Source of the DNA: Eledone cirrhosa
Lineage: Eukaryota
Length of the DNA stretch: 64,000 nucleotides
Assembly (NCBI GenBank): GCA_964016885.1
Contig: OZ024746.1
Coordinates: 33,170,001 to 33,234,000 of the forward strand
Direction: 5' to 3'
Notes under the pieces: generated by a model
What the model saw: only the letters and a program-made list of their open reading frames with translations
What the model was told of the DNA's origin: nothing
Databases searched by the model: none
Shown here: positions 53,533 through 64,000 of the stretch, piece by piece
Layout: the number at the start of each line of letters is the position of its first letter
Position numbering within the stretch: position 1 is the stretch's first letter
Made by a program: the position numbers and the translations under genes

Positions 53533-53998
53533 CCATTACATTACTAAATAGAGCAAAGATTTTCCATGATGAATCCTGTTACCACTGCCCTAAACTTTTA
53601 AAATATGTGCGAATGCGCAACTTTCCACATTTCCAGAAAAATCTATCAAAATACCCTCTTTGGAAAACTGCTTTATCTTACTGTTTCGCCCAATATATAT
53701 ATATATGAGGGGGTTAGCCATATGCTCGCACACACACTCACACAAGCACACATACAATCATACACCTACTCTCTATCACACGCATCATCTTTGCGAACAC
53801 AATCTCCGCAATTCATTATTTTCGATTGCACCTGGCAAATGCTCGTCAGGTTTCAATTGATGAAGGTTCGGACAGGTTTTCCTCTATTGTGTCTCCCCTG
53901 AGTTGATTTCCACAATAGGAGCTTGTGTATAACTTCCTACGTACTTGTCCAGCAGTGTCCTGCAAATTGTAACCTTCATTGAACAATTGTATTTGTTA

Positions 53999-54596
53999 CT
54001 AGCAGTGGTACCCGTCGTTGCACGGGATAAGATATTTTGGAACGCGGGCCGCCAACATACCTAATTGTGGAAAAACTGCATTCCTGGACAATATGTAAAG
54101 AAAATAAACCGAATAGTCTGATGGCTGGATAATCTTTAAGATTTTACTCGATGAAGCAGGAAAAAGGCAGGTTTTCACCTAATGCGGGCTCTAGGGGATC
54201 CAGAAAATGAATTTTTTATGTGCATAATATGCCTTGAAATTTCGGGATAATCGGCTAGACGTAACGCCTTAAAAAAGCCCTAAAAAGCTGAAAAGATGAA
54301 GTTTTTCACCTAATGCGGGATCTAGGCCATAAAAAAGTTACATTTTCTTTGCTCACGGTATGGGGAAGAGATTGACTAATAAATAGTTACAATTTCAAGG
54401 AAATCGGTCTGACGTAACGTCTCAAAAAACCCCATAAAAATCTGAAAAAAAAACGCAGTTTTTCCTCTAATGCAGGCCCTAGGTATCAAAAAGTCGAATG
54501 TTTGCATGTACATAACACTCCCTGCAGCATAAATAATACACATGTAAAGTTTGAAAAAAAATCGGTTGGGTAATTCTCGAGTTTTAGGGATTCAAA

Positions 54597-54641
<45 letters not shown>

Positions 54642-54712
54642 ACACACACACACACACGCACACACACACGCACACACACACACACATACATCCTCAGTTT
54701 TATATATATAGA
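53999..54712 (-). mobile_element. Non-autonomous Helitron
   Basis: Minus strand A|TC start at 54712, hairpin CCCGTGCAACGACGGG, CTAG|T at 53999. Homologous to 25865-26525. Confidence 0.88.
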
Positions 54713-55650
54713 TATTGGGCATATTCTCGTATAAACTGTACATGTATGTATTGGTATGAAATCCAACAAGGTTTGGTCAAATTTGAACTGAGAACGTAAA
54801 AGCAAATCTCCCCGCTGTTCTTCTAATTTTGGTAGTAATATTAATGCTGATGAATAATTCTCTTTTATTACTTTAGAGTATAACTTTGTATTAAATCTAA
54901 AAGACAAACATACAACAAAATAAATGTCGGGCGGTTTTGCTCTGCTCATCTATGGAGAAGTTCATGACATTATTATATTAATACAAGTTGTTCATTTTAT
55001 TTCATCTTTTGGTATCACGTAGCGAATATTTTCTTTATCCGGGACAGGATGTTTCGTAGGTTGCCAATATTTCATACGCTTGCAATATATTGCAGGTAAA
55101 ACACCAAAATACGTGCTGAAATATTGTTTTACATTATGCGGCAATTCTGACATTTCATTATTCCAGCAAAAAGTCCAATAAACGAGGGGAAAACAACGGC
55201 AAAACAATAACAAGTAATACAAATACGGAAAAAAAGCAGCATCAATCAAATAAAAAAGTTTAACAAATATAGAAACAAATAATAGCGAGAAGGGGAAAAA
55301 AAAAAACAATTTGAAAACATTTCCACTTTTATTTTACTATATTTTTTCCCTTTAATAACTTTGTTCTATGTCTCTAGTTTATTTTACATCAGCGCTCACC
55401 CATCAATCTATGCTATCAACATATTTCATAATTGAGGTAATGCTATACGGTCAGTTATATTTGGAGACCATTTTACTGGTTGAGCCAAGCCAAAAACAGC
55501 GGGTGTCTGGCGCCATATTTACAATACAAATACATTGCTATTACATTAATCTATTGTAGTCATACAGACGATTGCCTGAAAATGATTATTATGATCAACA
55601 TCATTAATATTATTATTATTGTTATTATTATTGGTACCAGCAGCAGCAGC

Positions 55651-55714
<64 letters not shown>

Positions 55715-55715
55715 A

Positions 55716-55760
<45 letters not shown>

Positions 55761-55980
55761 CAGTATCGTCATAAGAGTTATCGACCTCATCATCATTATC
55801 ATTCCACTCTCTGATGAGAATAAGTGTAACTGTTGTGTATTAAACATTTACGTAATTTTCTACGTTGCTCTTTCCCATTTAGTTAATCTACAATTATAAA
55901 TTGGGAATATCTACATGTATGAACGTATATACACACAAACGCATACCCGTATAATATATGTGTATGCACACACAAACACA

Positions 55981-56051
<71 letters not shown>

Positions 56052-56184
56052 GCATACATATAATGTGTGCGCGTGTGTATATATATATACACATCACACA
56101 CACATATATATATATACATTCAAATATGTATATATTTATATATATATATACATTCAAGTATATATATATATATATATATACATT

Positions 56185-56215
<31 letters not shown>

Positions 56216-56816
56216 GTTTTGTTTTATTGCGCTAAATGTAGAAACAATTACTATAACACGAAAGACACACTTGATTGTGTGATGTGGCAATGCATTATAA
56301 AAAAAAAAAAAAAAAATGATATTCGCTATACATAGCTGCGTTCCTTTATGTTTCATTGCGAGTTCGATTCCTGCGGGGGAATTAGAATTGATCTAGCTTT
56401 CATTCGAATACATTATCAGTGCCTGTTTTAGATATTTTTGACTATAAATCTAAATATATTGTGTGTGCGTGTGTATGTTCGTGTGTATGTGCGTGTGTAT
56501 GTGTAAGTGTTTTTATGGCTGTGTGCGTGTACTTGAGCGTGTGTGAATATATGAATGGCTTATATAGTTGAAATTAAGTTCCTACAGTATTTCCAAGCAT
56601 AGCGTTCTTTTATCTGCACATTCCATTGATGCACATATCCCTGGATACTTGCAATCGTCTGTTGATGTGATGGAGTTATAGAGGGGTAGACTTATCACTC
56701 CAACGAGTTCTCTTCAACTCTTTCATTTCCTGTGGTTCTCTATATCTATAATATATATATATATATATGTATATGTATATATATATACACACACATATAT
56801 ATAAATATATATATAT

Positions 56817-56882
<66 letters not shown>

Positions 56883-56926
56883 TATATATGCGTGGATATA
56901 TATATAATTATATATACATACATATT

Positions 56927-57042
<116 letters not shown>

Positions 57043-57496
57043 CGCGTGTGTGTTTGTGTGTGTACAGAAGCACCAACACCTGTTTATGTTTCATGTTGCA
57101 AATACTGTATTAGAAGTGTTTGTGTTTGTATATATTTGTGTACATTTGTGTACAAATTCAGCTCAGCTACTCAAAGTCTCAATTTCTCTGGGAATGAATA
57201 CTTCTATCTGAACGAATCCAGAGCGCACGAACACATTATATTTGGAGTATAGCATTGATTTATATAAATATAGATTTTATTTCTGCTCAACAGTAACGGA
57301 CCCTATGAAATAAGTCTGTATGTATGTGCGTTGTATTTCAGGTCTAAAACAGAATAAGCACAGAAAAACGTTCTCCATATTACTTTGTATAAAAGGGAGC
57401 AGAAACATACTACACTACAGACGCGCACTCACACACACATCCAAACACTCACCCATACGCACACATATGCGTATATATATAAACATGTATAAAAAA

Positions 57497-57554
<58 letters not shown>

Positions 57555-57619
57555 TTGATATATATTCATACATATATAGATAAATATGCATATATATGTA
57601 CATATATATATATATATAT

Positions 57620-57675
57620 ATATTCATATATATTCATACATATATACATAAATATGCATATATATGTACATATAA

Positions 57676-57733
<58 letters not shown>

Positions 57734-57775
57734 TCTTTTACTCTTTTATATATATATATATAAAATAGTAAAAGA

Positions 57776-57868
<93 letters not shown>

Positions 57869-57913
57869 TATATATGCATATTTATGTATATATGTATGAA
57901 TATATATGAATAT
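57620..57913. repeat. Palindrome of about 295 bp centred on a short (TA)n
   Basis: tactcttttactctttta (TA)n taaaatagtaaaagagta; outer arms 57620-57673 and 57861-57913. Confidence 0.85.
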
Positions 57914-58004
57914 ATTTTTCTCTGTTTCATACTTTCGTTACACATACGTGGGTGTATGTGTATTTGTGTGCATCATCCGCAGCACACAGAAACACGCATA
58001 CACA

Positions 58005-58043
<39 letters not shown>

Positions 58044-58168
58044 CCTATACATACACACACACACACACATATATATATGCATATATGTATATATGTATGA
58101 ATATATATAAATGTGTATATATATATATATATATATACATACATACACACATATATATATATATATAT

Positions 58169-58202
<34 letters not shown>

Positions 58203-58592
58203 GCGTAATATGTGATGTAGTCGTGTTTTATATTGACTCGATTCATTCATGTGTGCCCGTCCTTTCCTTTGACGACTTCAATCAAATCAAAAGAATTCTT
58301 ACTATACCTTATTTATTGATTTATTTCCTTGTTTCCTCATACAACATGTGCACAAAAGCATATATAGACGTAGACATAGATTGGAAAGGAATACATATGT
58401 CTTTGAAAAGGGGAAGGCTCCAAAGTATTCTATACATATTACAAGAAGGAAACTACATTTTTAACCCCTCCCCATAAATATTTCTCTCGTTTTTGTCTAC
58501 AAATCCAACATGAGACGCCGGACACCTGCTAGGTTATATACTGCTTCGGAAGTATAAAACATAACGTTATTAATAATAGAAATAATAATATT

Positions 58593-58672
<80 letters not shown>

Positions 58673-59060
58673 TAATAATATTACTACTACTAATGATAAG
58701 CTTATGAGAATCATAAGAGGACATCATTTAAATAGAAACTCAGAAACCATAAGGGAACAGAGATATGTAAGGATAAAAACAGAGCCAATACACACACAAA
58801 CACACGCACATACACACGGACATATATATATATATATACATACATACATGTAAACATACATATATATACATATATATAAACATATATATCTATATACATA
58901 TATATAAACATATATATCTATATGCATATATATCTATATACATATAAAACATATATATATCTATATACATGCAACACATTCACACACACGTTCACACACA
59001 TATGTATATATATGTTTACATGTGTATATATATGTATATATGGTATATATATATGTATAA

Positions 59061-59096
<36 letters not shown>

Positions 59097-59111
59097 GTAT
59101 ATATATATGTA

Positions 59112-59143
<32 letters not shown>

Positions 59144-59970
59144 CATATACATATATATACATATATATGTACATATATAATATATTTATATAGATATATA
59201 GATATATGTGTGTGTGTAAATGTGTGTATATACACACACACACCCATATATATCTACATTACTCACTCTTAATTAATTTAATATGATATGTGAATTCATT
59301 GGTATCTTCATATATCGAAAATTTTGGAACATGGTAACGTTCAAATGATTTCATGTTTGAATATTAACTCTACCCGTTTCCATATTTCTTTTTCTCTTTT
59401 TCCCCTTACTCGATTGATGTATGTGTATGACAGAATCTCTACGTGTAATTATGTAAATATGTGTTATTGAAACTATATGTTGTACACCGACGCTTAGTTA
59501 TAAACACTCATTCACACACATATATACTTTGCCTCGCTCATACACATATATTCTTTCTCACTCTCACACACACATATCCACACATGCACACATATTATCA
59601 CACAACTTCAATAACATGCACGTAAACTGGGGAAAAAAGAGTTTCCGTGCGTCAGAGAGTTTGGTGTTAAGTAGAGAAAATATAAGATTAAGGGGGCGGT
59701 GAAATTCCAGCTGTTAAACACGGTTAGTTTCCGGGGTTTATTTCAATGCAACACAGAGAATTAGAATGAGTTATTTCTAAATTTATGACAGAAAAAAAAA
59801 ACATACAGGAAACATAACCAACCCATTTATATTTTTACTCTTGTTCAAGCTCATAAACAGCGAACGCAATTTGCAATAAATGAAGACTGATTCTTGTCAG
59901 CGTACACACGCACGCACGCACACACACACACATTTGTATATATATATATATGTATGTATATATATATATG

Positions 59971-60029
<59 letters not shown>

Positions 60030-60035
<6 letters not shown>

Positions 60036-60981
60036 ACTAGAAATTGATTAACATATAAATAAACATGAATAATCACAGGAGATAATTTTTACAAGAGTGT
60101 AAGCATACATAGCTAGGTGGGTAACTAAATAAAGTTAACCAGAACTTCAAAAATAGATACCTTATAATATGATTATATATCATATTATAATCATATTATA
60201 AGGTATCTATTTTTGAAGTTCTGGTTAACTTTATTTAGTTACCTACCTAGCTATGTGTGCTTACACCCTTGTAAAAATTATCTCCTGTGATTATTCATGT
60301 TTATTTATATGTTAATCAATTTCTAGTTATTATAAAATGCTCGGACCTATTCGTTAGAATCTTAGAGCTTATTTTGCGGGTGATATGGCGCATGTCTTTC
60401 TGGCATGACACCCATAATTTTGATTATCTTAATTTTGGATATAGATATATAAATACGGCTCCTTAATTGTAGAGCTAACTCTGTTGAAAGGATTTGACTG
60501 CTGTTTCTAGTTGTCGATAACCCTATTCACGCCACAGTGCCTAAGCTGGAATGATTTGTGTATTTCTAGTAGATACAGCACGTATTGCTGGCCAGTCGCT
60601 GATTTGAACTTGAAGTAAAAACATAGATCGTTGGACTTCTTCCTTATTGAAAATCCAAGTACCGGCCTCCATGGTTTACCATTCGATTAATTGGTGAAAT
60701 ATATTTCTTTAATGGAATATATACAGGGAAGATTAATCATATTATAAGGTATCTATTTTTGAAGTTCTGGTTAACTTTATTTAGTTACCTACCTAGCCAT
60801 GTGTGCTTACACACTTGTAAAACTTATCTCCTGTGATTATTCATGTTTATTTATATGTTAATCAATTTCTAGTTATTATAAAATGCTCGGACCTATTCAT
60901 TAGAATCTTAGAGCTTATTTTGCCGGTGATATGGCGCATGTCTTTCTGGCATGAGACCCATAATTTTGATTATCTTAATTT

Positions 60982-60983
<2 letters not shown>
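60030..60983. mobile_element. Family G element: inverted arm plus partial tandem duplication (period 546 bp)
   Basis: 60030-60176 inverted against 60186-60333; 60189-60436 repeated at 60735-60983. HHR-like 3' half at 60678-60728. Confidence 0.8.
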
Positions 60984-61018
<35 letters not shown>

Positions 61019-61044
61019 TATATATAAATATATATATATATATA

Positions 61045-61136
<92 letters not shown>

Positions 61137-61432
61137 GTATAAATATGGTACCAGGTAAAACAAGAAAAACTAGGCAGGAAGAAGTGGCCAGAAGGAGAAA
61201 TTTAATGAGTTTTCAGTTAATATATATATTTTTATTAATAAAAGGGCCTAATATTTCAAATGAATAGTTTATAATATTCTTTAGTCAACATAGATACATT
61301 CATTCATTTTTTTCTTTCATTATCCCCCTTTCTCCTTCTCGCATATTATCATTGTCATTTTCATTCTTTCTTTACACAATACTCCCTTCACATCCCCTTA
61401 GTTATTTTTGTTGTTGCTGTTTTTGTTGTTAT

Positions 61433-61434
61433 CG

Positions 61435-61493
<59 letters not shown>

Positions 61494-61578
61494 CTTCTTC
61501 TTCTTCTTCTTCTTCTTCTTCTTCTTCTTCTTCTTCTTCTTCTTCTTCTTCTTCTTCTTCTTCTTCTTCTTCTTCTTC
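61433..61578. repeat. Compound (TTG)n(TTC)n microsatellite
   Basis: Seen directly in sequence. Confidence 0.95.
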
Positions 61579-61713
61579 TCTATATAATATTAATAATAAT
61601 AATAATGATGTTTTTAATTTACATGGAAATTAGTGTTTCTGTCATATGTAAATGTCTACATATTTCAAATTAGCATGTTCTTATGAACATTAGCGCAGTC
61701 TTGGTCAACCACG

Positions 61714-61755
<42 letters not shown>

Positions 61756-62248
61756 GCATAACACACACACACACACACGCTCGCACACGCATACACGCAT
61801 ACACACACACACACATACACATATATATTTATATATATATACCAGTTATTCATTTGTCTATCTATATACAGCCAAAACGGCGCATAATGGGAAAATACTT
61901 TGAAAGAAAGTTGCCCCTGAAATGGGAATAAAAGGAAATAAAAATATTTCGCGTAAATCGGATCACGCGTTCGCGAGATACAGCGTTTTTCCGGGTACCT
62001 TCATAAATAGAGAGAGAGAGAAAGATAGAGAGAAAGGGATAATGGATGTGAGAGAGTAGATTGAAAGAGAGACATAGAGAGATAATATGTATATATATAC
62101 ACACACACATATATATGGGCCTTCCAATTTCATTTTACAGTATATACATGTCTCTGTATATTTTAATTATTTAAAATTATTTTTAAGTGCACGTGAGCCA
62201 ACCAAAGTTAACCTTGGCGGGATTTGATTGCAGACCGTAATGGGCCGC

Positions 62249-62336
<88 letters not shown>

Positions 62337-62440
62337 CACAGAGATATATGTATGTATACATAAATATATATATATACATTTCGTTTCTGAATTTGTTTAG
62401 CAAGATTCTTTATATATATACATATATACACATATTTATA

Positions 62441-62556
<116 letters not shown>

Positions 62557-62574
62557 TAAATATATATATTTTTT

Positions 62575-62963
62575 CTCTAGGTCGTTTTGGAAGCCTCAAC
62601 AATGCAGGTGGGTAATTCTATGGGTAACAAGATCCGGTGGTGGAGAGAGAGATGTAAGTGAATGTAGAATGAGATGTATAGTGTGTAGAAGAACGTAGGA
62701 AAGAGCGTAAAAAATAAAAATAATAACACGAGATAGAGTTACTTTGGGACAGATTTTTAATTGTCCCTATATTTCGGAATCACATCCATCAACTGGGGGA
62801 TTTTCCGGGGGGGGGGGGGGGGGTTATCTGTCGGATAGGATGGATACGTGTCCTCTGGTGTTTGTTGTTTTGAATAACTGAGGTGTTCAGAAGAGCGTGC
62901 GCGCGCGAAATGAGGTCGGTCAAGCAGAGCTCGGCGGCCGAAATAGTTCTTTTAATTGTGGGA

Positions 62964-62965
<2 letters not shown>
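62575..62965 (-). mobile_element. Family K-related element with a minimal HHR
   Basis: Shared 'aagcc..aacaatgcag' tail. Minus strand 62800-62764: TCCCC-CAGTTGA-T-GGA-TGTGAT-TCC-GAAA-TA-TA-GGGA. Confidence 0.65.
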
Positions 62966-63011
<46 letters not shown>

Positions 63012-63015
63012 TTAC

Positions 63016-63400
63016 GGTAAAGATTGATGCAATTCAATTCAAGCACTCAACGTACGTTTTCCACAGGAATAACAGAGTATATTCAGAATAAGAATATGCA
63101 AAGTAGTTTCAGATGTTAAAGTCCTTTATTGATAAGACTCTGATACATATTTCAATATCGACAGTGGCTACACGATTCTGCGGATCCAGTGCCATGATCT
63201 CAACAGCCAGTTTCTTACATAATAAGGTTACGTTCCCCATGCAATCCAATTTAAAGCGACAAGAGAACGGAACAAGATGATGTTCTTGAAGGCTCCACCC
63301 CTTCCGCCGTGAGCGCTAATTTACCTCCACAGCCTTGTGCAGTTGCAAATGTGAAGGAATTTGACCATCTAACTACTACCCCAAAACATAAGAAAACTAT
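63016..63400 (-). mobile_element. Family I element with HHR motif (A6U)
   Basis: Homologous to 35771-36300. Minus strand CTGTTGA (63206-63200)...GAAA-TATGTA-TC. 5' boundary approximate. Confidence 0.7.
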
Positions 63401-63818
63401 CCTAGGCAAGACACCCCCACGAAAAAACCCAATCAATCTCCTCCATCCAGGCCGGAAAGGTGACACGGTCATAGGGTTCATGGCAGCCACTAAGTTGTAC
63501 TTTACTACTAGTCGTACATCCAGTGGCACCAACCGAAACTCTGTGGTAGTTATTGAGTATAATTTTCAATAAATTTCAATACTACCCCTAAATTATGGTT
63601 GGACAATAGAATTGACCATCACCTGCGAAGAGAATATAAACTTAATTCTCGGGTCTAGATATTATGGTTTCACAATGGAATTTAAAATTGGTAATAAGAT
63701 TGAAAATTAAAAATTAAAATTTAAAATCTTGATTGAAGGAAATAAAAAAATATAAAAAATAGGAAGAGGTGTAAATTATAAGTTTGAAATTATATATATA
63801 TTTATATATATTTTCATA

Positions 63819-63922
<104 letters not shown>

Positions 63923-64000
63923 ATATATAAGTATTGAAATTTCCGTTGAAAACAGAAAAGGTCATAGAAGTGAAGAGTGCTCTATGTAAGTATCAGAGCA

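Overview
AT-rich eukaryotic DNA saturated with microsatellites. The SINE family and repeat landscape suggest an octopod cephalopod, which is an inference. No host protein-coding exon could be supported; most ORFs in the track are translations of (TA)n, (CA)n, (TTC)n and similar repeats. Recognisable content: one near-intact R4/Dong-clade non-LTR retrotransposon ORF (RT + zinc knuckle + restriction-like endonuclease, 10518-13910, minus strand), two truncated relatives, and RTE, Tx1/L1, mariner, Helitron and Penelope GIY-YIG relics. There are also about 13 copies of a tRNA-derived SINE, non-autonomous Helitrons and MITEs. The most notable signal is not visible in the ORF track. At least 7 distinct families of short non-coding elements sit in (TA)n tracts and carry type I hammerhead ribozyme (HHR) motifs, about 20 motifs in total counting intact, variant-core and half copies. 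They occur as tandem dimers or fold-back inversions whose junctions often lie at ribozyme helix II or near the cleavage site. This looks like a community of Penelope-dependent, retrozyme-like elements. All RNA structures were read by eye, not computed.
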